64,000 nt of DNA from Gammaproteobacteria bacterium (lineage in GTDB: Bacteria > Pseudomonadota > Gammaproteobacteria > Pseudomonadales > JANQJO01), in contig JANNXD010000139.1 in the NCBI GenBank assembly GCA_031409375.1, forward strand, positions 27,944-91,943. The letters are read 5' to 3'. The position numbers and the translations under genes are program-made. Under the pieces are notes generated by a model that worked only from the letters and a program-made list of their open reading frames with translations, was not told the origin of the DNA and did no database searches. The number at the start of each line of letters is the position of its first letter. Within the stretch, counting starts at the first letter, position 1. Positions 30,077-42,600 of this stretch are shown here, in pieces.

Positions 30077-31390
30077 TTATACAACCAAAACCGGTGCAAA
30101 GCCACCGCCTTGGGTACGGAAATTCGTGGTTTGACCTTGATATAAACGCGCTGCCACTAATTGAATTTCACCCGCGTACACATAAGCCCGCACATCCATT
30201 TTTAAGCGCACCTCACGTCCATCGACGAGGATGCCGCGTTCACTGGGTGTAATTTGTTGCTGGGCAACATAATCATTTTGCAGAATTTCCTGCCAAACGC
30301 GTTGCGTGAGCTTATCGCCCCGATAAGCAGCGCGGCTGCCAAAACCGATGGACGGTTTAAAAAATAATTGTTTGCGATTTTTCCATAACTGCGCGGCGTT
30401 TTCTAAGGTCACTGCTTGTGTAGTGGGGATGCCATTAGACAATGTCAAGCAATCAGCTGCGGTGGCACCGATATCGTGTAATGTTTGAGTGTCGCCCAGT
30501 ACGATCAATTGTCGTTTGTCGGCATAAAAAGCGTGATGATGTGGATTCGGGGTGACTACCACTACTCCTGCCATATAAGCTTGATGCAATGCGGTGCAAT
30601 TTTTTTCTTTTAAATAAAAATCGGTCAGCCGATTATAAACCAAATCAATTTTTTGGCCTTGAAATAGCAGTTGGTTGCTATCAAAACTTAACGCTTTCGC
30701 ATCAGCAATTACAGCATGAATGGCGTGCCGAGCAAACAAACGTTGCGCCATTTTAAATTCAGCATATAAAAACTGTTGCTCAGGTTGGTTATCAACGATA
30801 GCAATCGTGGTTAAAGCTTGATGCCCCCGCTGTAATTGCCACTCGCGTTTAAACATGGCCATAACCTGTTGATCAAACGTTTGGTTTTGTGGCGTGGTCG
30901 TCAAACCTTCGGCAAGTCGACAGGTGGTCTGTGCCTTAAGTAAGGCGCTATTTAAAAAGGCACCACCGGCATTACTGTTGATTTCAATGATTTTCGGGCC
31001 GTCTGCTGATAAATGAAAATCATACCCCATAAAGACACCGGCTGTGCCCGGATTCAATGCAGCGATGGTGGGTGCTTGCCTGACGGTATGTTCGGCATAA
31101 GCCGGTAATGCTAAGACGCGTTCTATGGCTTCAATAATACGGCGCATCTGCTCGATCTGTTGGGTAGAAATAAACACCGTGGTATTGGAAAATAATTGTG
31201 GCTGCGTTGCGAGTAAGTCTTGATTTAGTTGGTCAGTTTTCAAAATCGCATCCAGCTGGTGACGATCCAGTGTTTGGCAAAAACAATCACGATTGAGTTG
31301 TTCAGCAGAAGGTTGATCGCAGGCCAAGCAATGTTGCTGGTGGAGTTTGGCGCATCCAGTATGATCAGTCGGTTGTTGTAAGTTTTTCAT
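30077..31390 (-). CDS. ATP-grasp / glutathione-synthetase-like ligase
   Basis: GYDFH..GPKIIEINSNAGG, IDLVYNRLTD, FFKP..GFGS and D.RAYVY..ARLYQGQTTNF. Start uncertain. Confidence 0.7.
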   Translation of the reverse strand: MKNLQQPTDHTGCAKLHQQHCLACDQPSAEQLNRDCFCQTLDRHQLDAILKTDQLNQDLLATQPQLFSNTTVFISTQQIEQMRRIIEAIERVLALPAYAEHTVRQAPTIAALNPGTAGVFMGYDFHLSADGPKIIEINSNAGGAFLNSALLKAQTTCRLAEGLTTTPQNQTFDQQVMAMFKREWQLQRGHQALTTIAIVDNQPEQQFLYAEFKMAQRLFARHAIHAVIADAKALSFDSNQLLFQGQKIDLVYNRLTDFYLKEKNCTALHQAYMAGVVVVTPNPHHHAFYADKRQLIVLGDTQTLHDIGATAADCLTLSNGIPTTQAVTLENAAQLWKNRKQLFFKPSIGFGSRAAYRGDKLTQRVWQEILQNDYVAQQQITPSERGILVDGREVRLKMDVRAYVYAGEIQLVAARLYQGQTTNFRTQGGGFAPVLVV

Positions 31391-31467
31391 GTGAATGGTT
31401 CCAATGCCAGCCATGGTCAATGTTGGGTGCATAAATAGCAATCAATGGCTACTTTGCAGCGATTTTT

Positions 31468-32163
31468 TTAGCGATTTGGCAGCAACTTATTTTTCTGCAG
31501 GTGAAATAAATGGGTCATCAGTGCCACGCCCCAAAAAGGGGCCAGCAAATTGGCGATTGGAATGGTCGTTAAAAAGGTGATTAATACGCCAGCGATAAAA
31601 ACCACGCCGCTATTTTGTTTGCGCACTGTTTTTGCGGTGGGCATGTTGTAATGCCGACGCGCCACCGTCATAAAAAACTCGTTACCGATTAAATAGCCAT
31701 TTAAGACATAAAAAATGATGATGTTGATAACCGGTAAAAGATAAAACGGCAAAACTAATAGGTTCAGGAAAATTGCTTTTAGCATGAACGCAAAGTCATG
31801 GCGGACTTCCTGCCAGAATGGCCAATTTTCGCCACGCATAACGGGAGGGTAATTTTCTCTTTCAACAACCTCAATAATTGCATCATCGAAAAAGTGAATA
31901 ATGAGGGGTAGAACCGCAGGAAAAAGCATCCATGCAAACAACCATGCACCAAAAAATAAAATAAATGGCAGTAATTCCTTGAGCAGATAGGATGATCCCC
32001 ATGGCAGATATTGGATCAGGTGTGAGATACCAAATCCAAAAACTACCATAAACCCAACTAAAGCAACCAATGTAATCAGTAGGCTTTTTATAAAAATGCT
32101 CAGCATTCCAGGACTGAGTATTCCTTGAAATGATTTTGTAGCGGCTGCTATCATTTTTTCCAT
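31468..32163 (-). CDS. EI24/CysZ-like membrane protein
   Basis: TM helices, VEREN YP, NGYLIG.EFF..VARR and IPIANLLAP. Confidence 0.75.
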   Translation of the reverse strand: MEKMIAAATKSFQGILSPGMLSIFIKSLLITLVALVGFMVVFGFGISHLIQYLPWGSSYLLKELLPFILFFGAWLFAWMLFPAVLPLIIHFFDDAIIEVVERENYPPVMRGENWPFWQEVRHDFAFMLKAIFLNLLVLPFYLLPVINIIIFYVLNGYLIGNEFFMTVARRHYNMPTAKTVRKQNSGVVFIAGVLITFLTTIPIANLLAPFWGVALMTHLFHLQKNKLLPNR

Positions 32164-32369
32164 TTGGAATGTTCACCGTGAGTGAATTGGTTGGGGCATA
32201 ATTTGGTGTCATCGCTTGCTTTTGGATAGGCGATTCTAGCGTAATTATCAGTGGTGACCTTGATTAAAGCCACTTAAAATCGCAGCTGACGTCGTTTATG
32301 CTTTCTTGAGGTGATGAATAGAATAGTTACTTGGATTCAAGAATGAAGTGCACAGCCTTTTGGACGGTG

Positions 32370-32428
32370 ATAGCAACTATCTATAGCAACTATCTATAGC
32401 TATAGCAGCTTTAGATAGCAACTATATA
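32370..32428. repeat. Short tandem repeat ATAGCAACTATCT
   Basis: Two perfect 13-mers and degenerate copies upstream of wzi. Confidence 0.8.
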
Positions 32429-32519
32429 TTGAGGTCAATACTTGGTAAGCTTGCTGACTTGTTTTTGCTTATAGATATTTTAAGGCAAACGAATGGATTG
32501 GGATAAGGGATTATCTGGC

Positions 32520-33989
32520 ATGAAGTTAAAAAAAATCGGGATTTTATATTTTTGTTGGCTAATGAGCTATTGGGTAAGTATTGCGGCTTGCGCAACCGAA
32601 TGGCAGATGATCAACGATTTGAGTTTTTCTGCACGCGCAGCGCATGATTACGCGAACGCGCAACAGCAAGTACAAACGCCAACGACGGTTTGGCCGCGCC
32701 CCATGCAAGTCGATCAGCCGGTAGTAGGGCCAACGGCTGAGTTGTGGTTGGATGCGCGTTCGGGTCGAGCATTTTTTACTGGCTTCCAGCCCCGAGCAAC
32801 AGAAGGCGTAGGTTTTCGGGTGCAACATCAAGGCAAATCACAAGATTATCGTGTGCAACTGCAAGTGGGTTATGACACTGATGTGGATTTTGTTACTGCC
32901 GATAAGTTTAATGGCGATGATGCAGAAACCAAGTGGATTGCCGATGGCAGTTTTGTGGATATCGGTTTGTACCATTGGCGCGTCGGTGGCGGTGCGGTTT
33001 CGCGTTGGTGGGGGCCGGGTTGGGATTCTTCGCTCATTTTGTCGAATAATGCGCGTCCTGCGCCCGGTTTATATGTGGAGCGCAGTGTGTTCACACCCTT
33101 TGAATCTGCTTGGTTGTCGTGGTTGGGGCCTTGGCACTTCACCACGTTTATGTCGCAATTAGAAAGTGACCGCGATTTTGCGCACACGCTTTTATGGGGC
33201 GCGCGCTTTACGTTTAAGCCAATAGCGGCATTAGAAATTGGCTTAAATCGCACGGCTTTGTGGGGTGGTGAAGGACGTCCACAATCGTTGAGTGTATTTA
33301 AAGATTTGTTGCTCGGTGATGATAATTTTAGTGAGAATCAATCGGGTAAAAGTACCGAGCCGGGCGATCAATTAGGCGGTATCGATTTCAAATATACGTA
33401 TATTCAAAATCAGCAGGTATATGCCTGTTACACGCAACTTATTGGTGAAGATGAAGCCGGTGGTTTGCCCACTGGATTTTTAGGGTTGGCGGGCTGCTCT
33501 TGGCAAACCCCAGGGCAATTATTTAGCCCCGCATTTTTGCAAGCCATGCAACTATCGACGGTATTTGTTGAATTTAGCAATACCGCGATGGGTGGGTGGA
33601 CGGGTGACGAGAGCTTCGGGGTTGCCTATGAGCACTCCATCTATCGAGATGGTTATCGTTATCGCGATCGACCCATTGGTAGCCAATATGATAACGACAG
33701 CAAAAGTGCGGCAATTGGTTGGCAACTGCAGCAAAGTGCGCGGCGGAGTTACCGGGTTGTGGTGAGAAATTTAGAATTAAATAATGGTGATCTCAATGCG
33801 GTGTTGCCGAGTGGAAATCGCATCGCACATTCTTCGTTAAACACGCAGCAATTGGATTTATCGGTTTCGCAAACGTGGCAACAGTATCGAGCCGATCTTG
33901 GTTATCTCTATAACACAGACGTTGCACCGGATGCTTTGCTGAATGCTCGCTCTACGTGGTTAGTAAAATTGACCTGGTTATTGAATTAA
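32520..33989 (+). CDS. wzi: Capsule assembly Wzi-family outer-membrane protein
   Basis: RWWGPGWDSSLILSNNARP, LEIGLNRT..WGGEGRP, PGDQLGG.D, QLIGEDEAG and YRDGYRY motifs. Confidence 0.88.
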   Translation: MKLKKIGILYFCWLMSYWVSIAACATEWQMINDLSFSARAAHDYANAQQQVQTPTTVWPRPMQVDQPVVGPTAELWLDARSGRAFFTGFQPRATEGVGFRVQHQGKSQDYRVQLQVGYDTDVDFVTADKFNGDDAETKWIADGSFVDIGLYHWRVGGGAVSRWWGPGWDSSLILSNNARPAPGLYVERSVFTPFESAWLSWLGPWHFTTFMSQLESDRDFAHTLLWGARFTFKPIAALEIGLNRTALWGGEGRPQSLSVFKDLLLGDDNFSENQSGKSTEPGDQLGGIDFKYTYIQNQQVYACYTQLIGEDEAGGLPTGFLGLAGCSWQTPGQLFSPAFLQAMQLSTVFVEFSNTAMGGWTGDESFGVAYEHSIYRDGYRYRDRPIGSQYDNDSKSAAIGWQLQQSARRSYRVVVRNLELNNGDLNAVLPSGNRIAHSSLNTQQLDLSVSQTWQQYRADLGYLYNTDVAPDALLNARSTWLVKLTWLLN

Positions 33990-34107
33990 TATGCAGTCAG
34001 TTAAGACAATACGTTAAGGCTTCTGTTGTGCGGTATGGTAAAAGTAGGCCCATTTTTTTATGGGTGTGATGGAAAAATAGTGATGGAGGATCTTAAGGTG
34101 ATTTCGA

Positions 34108-35792
34108 TGCGTGGTTCTGTTGTTCTTATAATTTTAAACGCTCTCGTGACTTTTCCTGTTCTGGCGCATGAAATTCCTGTCGAGAGCATCATCAAATCCG
34201 CAGTAGTTTATAATGATCGCGCAACCCTCACCCGTACCGCGCAAGTTAAAATTCCAGCAGGCGCTCATGTACTTAATTTTATAGGTTTGCCGGTGATCTT
34301 ATTCCCCGACTCTTTGCGTACAGAAGGCAAAGCGGCGTCTCAGGTAACATTGGGTGCAATCGCTTACAAAATGGAAAGTCACGAAGATTTTGTCGTGCCG
34401 AAAGAGCAAGAGTTGCACGGTTTGCTTGAGAAATTAGAAGATCAGAAGATCCAGTACGATGCGGAAAAACAAGCGGTTGCTATTGCGCAAAAATTCCTTG
34501 ATAAGCTGGGTGAGCAGGCAGCGCAGCGCAGCAATGAAGACATCGCCCGGATTAATTTAAAGCCCGAAGAATGGAAAGGCGCTGCAGATAGTTTGCACGC
34601 GAAAACCCTTGAAAATTTGAAGTCCATCAACGCAATTGATATTGCCATCCGCCATACGGATGAACAAATCGCGAAGATCAATCAGGAGCTTGCGCAACTA
34701 CGTACTGATCAGAAGCAGACTTATCGTGTACAAATCCCCTATGAATCGCAGGTTGAAACCACGCTCACTATTGATTTGAGTTATCAATTGCCCAAGGTAA
34801 GCTGGCAGCCTGTCTACGATGCCCGCCTTGATGTGGCGTCCGGCAAAATGAGTCTTGTGCAATATGGGGCAGTCTGGCAACAAACGGGCGAGGACTGGAA
34901 TGGTATTGACCTCACGTTGTCGACTGCCCAACCCAGCCGTGGCGCGGGACTTCCCGATCTTTATACGCAATGGGTGAGCATAGTTGAACCGATTGCGAAA
35001 ACGGCTCTGCAAGAGAGCAAGATGCGGCGAAATGAAGCTGCCGCCCCCGCGTCGATGATGGCGAAAGAAAAAAGTCTTGCCGATGAAGGCATGACTATGT
35101 ATGAAGCCGATAATAAAGTAGTTGAACAAGAAGCCGTTTTCGCCGCCGCCCAAATCAACACGCAAGGTTTTGTTGGCGAGTATCAGATTCCCGGACCCAG
35201 CACCGTGAAAGCCGATGGCACGCAGAGCAAACTGCTGATCGGTGCATTTGAAACCCAAAGCACAATGCAAATCCAGATCAAGCCGCAACTGTCGACGAGT
35301 GCGTATCTTGTGTTGAAGGCAACACTCAAAGGTGATGCGCCTGTCCTGCCGGGGCAGGTGCATTTGTTCCGTGATGGAGCCTATATCGGGCAGTCCACCT
35401 TGCCGATGCTGCGCCCTGGTGATGAAAGCCAGTTGGCCTTTGGCATTGACGATAACGTCAGCGTTAAGCGCAATGTTCTGAAAGATGAGCGTGCAGAATC
35501 GGGTCTGATCTCCAAAGAAGCCAGTCTTGAACGGCATGCCGTGACTGAGATTAAAAATCTCCATAAAACCCCCTTCCAAATTAGCGTTCTTGAAACCATT
35601 CCGGCATCGCAGGACGCTCGTGTTCGTGTTGAAGTGCTCAACGACAACACCACTCAAGGCTATAAAACCGATATCAATGATCAAAAAGGTATGCTGGAAT
35701 GGTCGATGACGCTGCAATCGGGTGCGATGCAAAAAATTAATCTCGGTTGGCGCGTATATTGGCCCAAAGGAAGCGAGATAACGGGGCTGTAA
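34108..35792 (+). CDS. DUF4140/DUF4139 (MuiA-family) protein
   Basis: Signal peptide, VVYNDRATLTR, SWQPVYDARL, VWQQTGEDW..LTLSTAQP and FGIDD. Confidence 0.85.
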
Positions 35793-35816
35793 CGCTCTGC
35801 AAAAATGAAGCTACAA

Positions 35817-36257
35817 CTACAAATGGTACTGCTTTTTAAACGCTTCAATTGATATCGATTGTTGTTCTATTTCAACGGTACTCCCATTGCTTTTTAGGCT
35901 GTGTACTCCACAGTGCTCGCCCTTGGATACAGTTGAGTAGGGTTGTGTTTTCCCCAATAAGAACACCATATAGGTGCCGTCGGAATCAATGCGTAAGCTA
36001 TTGTTTCCACAATAACGTTCAGGATCGCCATAGACTCGTATATTTGAGCCTGACGCAGATCCCTTCAAAATGGATTTGACTTCAAGGGAGATGGTATTGA
36101 AGTGAGGTCCACTATCAAGTTTTTTTTGAGAAGAATGATATTCTACAACGGCTATTAAATCTGCAGCTTGAATGGTTTCGCTTAAATTCATGTCGAGACA
36201 CCGCTCCGCAAATGCCAAACATGGAAGCATGATAAAAAAAAATGGCAGTAATCTCAT
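35817..36257 (-). CDS. Hypothetical secreted protein
   Basis: Signal peptide; ADLIAV..V.SILKG pattern with Cys residues (TIMP/NTR-like is only a guess). Confidence 0.55.
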   Translation of the reverse strand: MRLLPFFFIMLPCLAFAERCLDMNLSETIQAADLIAVVEYHSSQKKLDSGPHFNTISLEVKSILKGSASGSNIRVYGDPERYCGNNSLRIDSDGTYMVFLLGKTQPYSTVSKGEHCGVHSLKSNGSTVEIEQQSISIEAFKKQYHL

Positions 36258-36616
36258 GCTGACTCCCTATCGTATTCATAATGAGTTTTGCTTAAAGCCG
36301 GGGACGGCTTAGTGTAATGTTGCTGCATTCTGAGTGTAGCGTCAGAAATTGTTCAACACGAGTTGCAAGGACAGGGGTGGTGTACTCATTTGTTGGCTTT
36401 CGTGAGTGGTAATTGGGGGGCAAGGGTAGCACCCAATAGCCGACTACTTTGGCCTTTAATTCCTACTCGCCCCCAACATTACTTTTTTACCCTTGATCCT
36501 TCTATCCTGTTTCCCTCACAATCTGCACCCTAAACAAAATGGATGATTTTTGACGCGGGCTTGTGGTTTTGATTGCGTTGGGTGTTGGCAGTTGGCAAAT
36601 TGGTGGAGAAAGTAGT

Positions 36617-39600
36617 ATGAGCAGTGAACCCTTGGATAATCTGACTGGTTTGGAAATCGCCGTGATTGGTATGGCGTGCCAATTCCCAGGGGCGCTGACG
36701 GTGCAGCAGTATTGGCAGAATTTGTTGCAAGGGGTTTGCAGTTTAAAGCAGTTCTCGGTAGATGAGCTGGTGGCCATGGGGCAGGATCGGGCGCAGGTTA
36801 GCCGACCGGAATTTATCCGTGTGCATGGCGCGGTCGATGATTTTGATCAGTTTGATGCTGGTTTTTTCGGCATTAATGCGCGTGAAGCCGATGTGCTGGA
36901 TCCGCAGCACCGTTTGCTGTTTAAAGTCATTGGCCATGCATTAGAAGATGCTGGTTATGATCCTGATCGCATCAATGGCACCGTCGGCGTGTTCGCCGGT
37001 TGCAGTGGCAATACCTATTATCCTGATCAAGTGCTGAAAAACGCCAAAATTCAATTGGCGATGTCAGCCCACCAAGCCAAAGTACTGAACCTCAATGATT
37101 TTTTGGCGACGCGCGCCAGCTATATTTTTGGCCTCACTGGACCTGCTTTTACCGTGCAAGCGGCTTGTGCGACTTCCTCGGTCGCTGTGGCTATGGGCTG
37201 TCAATCATTATTAAGTGGCGCGTGTGATGTGGCGCTGGCCGGTGGCTCGTCGTTAACCTTGCCGCAGCATTTTGGTTATGAATATCAAGAGGGCATGATT
37301 TTATCGCCGGATGGCGCTTGTCGGGCGTTTGATGCGCTGGCAGCTGGTACCTTAAAAGGCGATGGTGCGGGTATCGTGGTGTTAAAGCGGCTGGCGGATG
37401 CGCTGGCTGATGGTGACCATATTGAAGCGGTGATTACCGGATTTGCCACCAATAATGATGGTCATGACAAAGCGGGTTATCTGGCGCCCGGTTTAAACGG
37501 ACAGATGAACGCCATTTTGGCTGCGCAGATGATGGCGGGTATTGAAGGCGATGCCATTGAATATATCGAAGCGCATGGCACGGCGACGCCGATGGGTGAT
37601 CCGATTGAAGTGGCGGCGCTGACGCAAGCGTTTCAAACCAGCACGCAGCGCAAGCACTTCTGCGGCATTGGCTCGGTGAAAACCAATATCGGTCACTTGG
37701 ATGCCGCTGCCGGTATCGCCGGTTTAATCAAAGCGATTCTGACCGTCAAGCATGGTGTCGTACCCGCCAGCCTGAATTTTCACACTCCGAATCCCAAAAT
37801 TGATTTTGCCAATAGCCCGTTTTATGTGAATGCCAAAACGCAGGTGTGGCCGAGTAACAATATTCGCCGCGCGGGTGTCAGCGCGTTTGGTATGGGTGGC
37901 AGTAATGTGCATATGATTGTGGAGCAGCCGCCGGTGGTGACCTTGATTGCCGATGAGCAGCCGCAGGTGTTGCCATTATCGGCGGTGGTCTCTCAATCCG
38001 TGCTCGATCAAGCGGCGCAATTGGCGGATCGTTTAGAACAAAGTGAATTGCCGTTGGCAGCGGTGGCGGCCACGCTACAACAAGGGCGTCGCGTGTTGAA
38101 ATATCGTGGTGCGCTTGTCGCAGCGGATAAAGATATGGCGATCACGGCGCTGCGTGATCTGCGATCGGAGGCTATTGCTCAAGCAGGGCAAGCGCCAGCG
38201 GTGATATTTTTAATGCCAGGGCAGGGTGCTCAATATGTCAGTATGGCGTCGGGACTGTATCATCGTTATGAGGGGTTTAAAGCACATATTGATTATTGCG
38301 CCGACTGGTTAAAACCGCATCTACAACTTGATTTACGCGATTTGATATTAGCCAAGCCTGAAGATAAAACCGCTGCTGAACAATTAAAACAAACCGCCTT
38401 GACGCAACCGGCGTTATTCACCATTTGCACGGGGCTTGCCAAGTTATGGCAAAGCTTTGGGGTGCAGCCGCGTTTATTGTTGGGTCATAGTATCGGTGAA
38501 TTGGCAGCGGCACACATTGCCGGTGTGTTTTCGTTAGCCGATGGTTTGCAACTGGCGATGATGCGTGGCCGCTTAATGCAAGCCATGCAGCCTGGGGCTA
38601 TGCTCAGTGTTACCGCCACCGAAGCGCAATTGGCGCAGTGGATCATCGCGCCAATTGAGTTGGCAGCGGTGAATGCGGCGGATCAATGTGTGTTGGCCGG
38701 CCCTGTCGATGCTATTGCAGATTTGCAGCCGATCTTAACCGCCATGGGCTGGTCGGCGACGCCACTGCAAACTTCTCATGCATTTCATTCGGCGATGATG
38801 CAGCCGATGTTGACCGAGTTTGCCAACACGCTTGCGCAAGTCAATTGGTTAACGCCAAGCGTGCCGATGCTCTCCAGCGTCACCGGCCAGTTATTGGACG
38901 CGACAAGCTTAACCAGCCCGCAATATTGGCTCGACAATGCGCGTCACACGGTGCGCTTTAATCAGGCAGCACAAACCCTGTTGGGGCAGTCGGAGTTTCA
39001 AAAACAGTCACCCATTTTGTTAGAAGTCGGCCCAGGTCGCACGCTGACGCAGCTGATTAAAAAACACAAAACCGCGAGCGCTTATCCTGCGCTAACGTCC
39101 TTACGTCATGTCAAAGAATCGACCGCCGATGCGTTGCATTGGTTAAATACGCTGGGCTCGTTATGGAAAAATGGCGTAAATGTTGATTGGCAGCCAAATT
39201 GTGAGTCGTCGGTCATTACGCGAGTGTCTTTACCGGGTTATGTCTATCAGGAAAAACGTCATTGGGTTGATGCAGATAAAATCGATGCTCATCAAAATTC
39301 TAAAACAGTGGTGCATGATTCTTCTCGGAAGCAGCCGCTGGGCAAACGCGATTTCGAGCAATGGTTTTATCGACCGAGCTGGGAACAGCAATCGTTATTT
39401 TTAACCGCCAACATTGAGCGGCCGATTTGGATCTTGGTGCCAAATGCCGAGCAGGCGCGCGTCAGTGCAATTTGGTGGGAGCATCAGGCTATTTATTTAA
39501 CGCTTACCGATTGGTCGCAACCGCAATGGCAAATGCAAATCGAAGCGGCTATGACCACGGACCAACGTGCGCCGTTGATTTTGGATTATTTAAGTTTATC

Positions 39601-42600
39601 GACGCCGATCAACAGTAACGATGCTTTTATGGCGCGTTTAACCCTGATTCAAAACTTAATGAATCAGGGCGTAGCGGTCGCAGATATCACCTATCTATTG
39701 GTCGCAGACAATGTTGCAGCTTGGTCTAGCACGGATAAAGTGAATCCGTTGTTGGCATTGCCGCTGGGATTGTTGCGGGTGCTGCAAGTTGAATATCCGG
39801 GTATGCGCTGTCGGGTAGTTGATGTTGCGTTTGCTCCTGCCAGCGTGCCGCGTTTGCTGGAAGAGGCCGTGCAGCCAGGGCGCGATAGTTTAATTATTTG
39901 GCGTCATGAGCTGCGCTGGCGGCAAACGTTTGGGCAGGTGAAATTGCCGTCGGTGGATGGTTTGTCAATAAAAAAGGGAATGCCGATTTTGGTGACAGGT
40001 GGATTAGGCGGCATGGGCTTGGCGTTGGCGGCGGCGTTGGCGCGGCGGTATCAGTGCCGTTTGTTATTGCTCAGTCGTCGTGGCGGGAAAGTGCCAGCGC
40101 AGCTGCTGGATCAAGGTGTTGAGGTGCGGGTCGCCAGTGTGGATGTCGCGGATCTTCACGCCATGCAACAAGTGATTGCTGCAACTGAGCAAGTGTGGGG
40201 GCCGATTCAAGGGGTTATTCATGCGGCCGGTATTGCTGGGGGCGGTATGACGGCGTATTTGCGTACTGAGGATGTAGATGAGGTGTTGTCCGCCAAAGTG
40301 CAGGGCGCACAGGTTTTACAGCAGTTATTGGTGGATGCACGTCCGCAGCAGCCGTTACATTTTTGGTTGATGTGTTCTTCTTTGGCGTCCTGTGTGAGTT
40401 TGATTGGTCGCAGTGAATATACGGCGGCCAATTTGTATTTGGATCAGTTGGCAACGCAATTGCGCTATGAACGCGGCATTGCGGCGGTGTCGATTAATTG
40501 GGACGCTTGGAGCGGCGTCGGCATGGCCAGTGAATATGTCGGTGATGACTGGATCCTGCCGGAAGAAGGTGCGCAAGCCATGTTGCGTATTTTAGCGCTG
40601 GCGTTAAACGCGAGTGAGCCTGTGGCGCAAATGCTGGTGTCCACGCGCGATCTGCATCGCTTGTATTTCAGTGAGCAACCCTTTGATGCGCAGCAAATTC
40701 AGCAGAAAGTCAAACCAGCGGCTTCCTCTTTGCCCGCTTCGACCCCTTCGACAAGCTCAGGGACCAGGATAGGGGTGATGACGGTGACACAACAACAATT
40801 ACACGCTATTTGGTGTGAGTTGTTGGGTGTGGATGCGGTTGGGCCGGATGATAACTTTTTTGATTTGGGCGGTGACTCGGTTGTTAGCTTGCAATTGGTA
40901 TCGCGGGCGAAAGCCTTGGGGTTGATTTTAAAACCGCAGCAGGTATTTGATAATCCAACGCTGCGGCAATTGGCAATTTCTTTGGGTGATGTGTCGAAGC
41001 CCTCAACTGAACAAAACACGGCGACGCAGGCCAATCAAACCGACATGAATCCAATGGAAAAACAATTACACGCTATTTGGTGTGAGTTGTTGGGTGTGGA
41101 CGCGATTGGATTGGACGATAATTTTTTTGATTTGGGTGGTGATTCGGTTGTTAGCTTGCAATTGGTGTCGCGAGCGAAAGCGATTGGTTTGGTATTAAAG
41201 CCTCAGCAAGTGTTTGATTATCCGACCTTGCGCACGTTGGCGGCTTCGGCCTGTTCGACAGGCTCAGGGACCGGGCGTGAGCAGTTGGGTGCACAACCGG
41301 TGCAAGTGGATGCAATTCCCCTCCATTGGAGGGGTACGCCGCAGGCGGGGGGTGGTCTGGTTGAACTGACCACCCCTTCAGGCTTCGCCTGCCACTCCAA
41401 TGGAAGGGAATTTAACCCAATGCAGATTGCCGATCTGCCGCCAACAACTCCCTTGTTAATGTCCTCCGCTCAGCAACGCATGTGGTTTTTAGAGCAAATG
41501 GATCCGGGCAGTGCTTTGTATTGTCTGCGAGGGGCGTTCTTGTGGGAAAAAACACAAGGTGCGCACCAAGCCATAAACGAAGGCTTATTACGCGCAGCAT
41601 TGCAGTATTTAATGCAGCGTCATGAAGTTTTGCGTATGGGCTTTACGCAGCAACAAGGTGAACCGAGGGTGTTTTTAGCGGACTCAGCTGAAGTACCGTT
41701 TAGTATGCTGAATGTGTCTCTGGCAGGTAACGCTGATATTGAAAACGATTTACGCCAACGGTTAGCCGCACTGCAAGCGGTTCTTGTGCTCGATCAACCA
41801 CCCTTGTGGCGTGTGCAACTGCTGTGTTACGGCGAAGATCGTTTTGGTTTATTACTCACTTTTCATCACATTATTATTGAAGATTGGTCAATGCAGATTT
41901 TTCTGCGCGAACTGTGGTTGGCTTATGACGCGTTATTGCAAGGCCAATCGGCGGATGCTGTATTGCCCGCCATCACACAACACTATCGTGACTATGTCGC
42001 TTGGCAATCGCGTTATCGTTTGTCCGCTGAATATCAAGCAGATTTAAATTATTGGCGGCTGCAGTTAAGTGATCTGCCGCAATTGGAATTGTCGCTGGAT
42101 AAACCACGTCCGGCTAAGCCCACGCATCAGGGTGGGCAGTTGTTGGCGCAGCTGACCGCCGCACAGGTCACACGATTGCGTGCATTTAGCCAAGCGCAGC
42201 AGGTGAGTGTGTTTATGACACTGCAATCGTGTGTGCTGGTGTTGTTGCAGCGTTTAACGGGGCAAACTCAACTGGTGATCGGTACGCCGGTCGCTGATCG
42301 GCCGGATGCGATATTTGAAAACATGCTCGGCGTATTTGTGAATAACTTGGTGCTCAAAAATAACGTTGAGCCAACACAAACGTTTGCGCAGTTGGTTAAA
42401 CAGGTACGTAATACCTCGTTGGCTGCGCAAACCCATCAAGCGGTACCGTTTGAAGATTTGGTCAAAGCGCTACAGCCGGTGCGCGATATGAGCCGAGCGC
42501 CGTTGTTCCAAGTGCTGATCACCTATTTGAATGTGCAGGCCGATAAGCACATAGAACCTAATCAATCAAAAGCGATTGGTGGATTAAAAGCCAGTAGCGG

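Noticed and set aside
34698-35732. 344-aa minus-strand ORF
   Set aside because: Antisense shadow of the DUF4139 gene; the same applies to the many short ORFs inside RHS, PKS, pilY1 and thrS.
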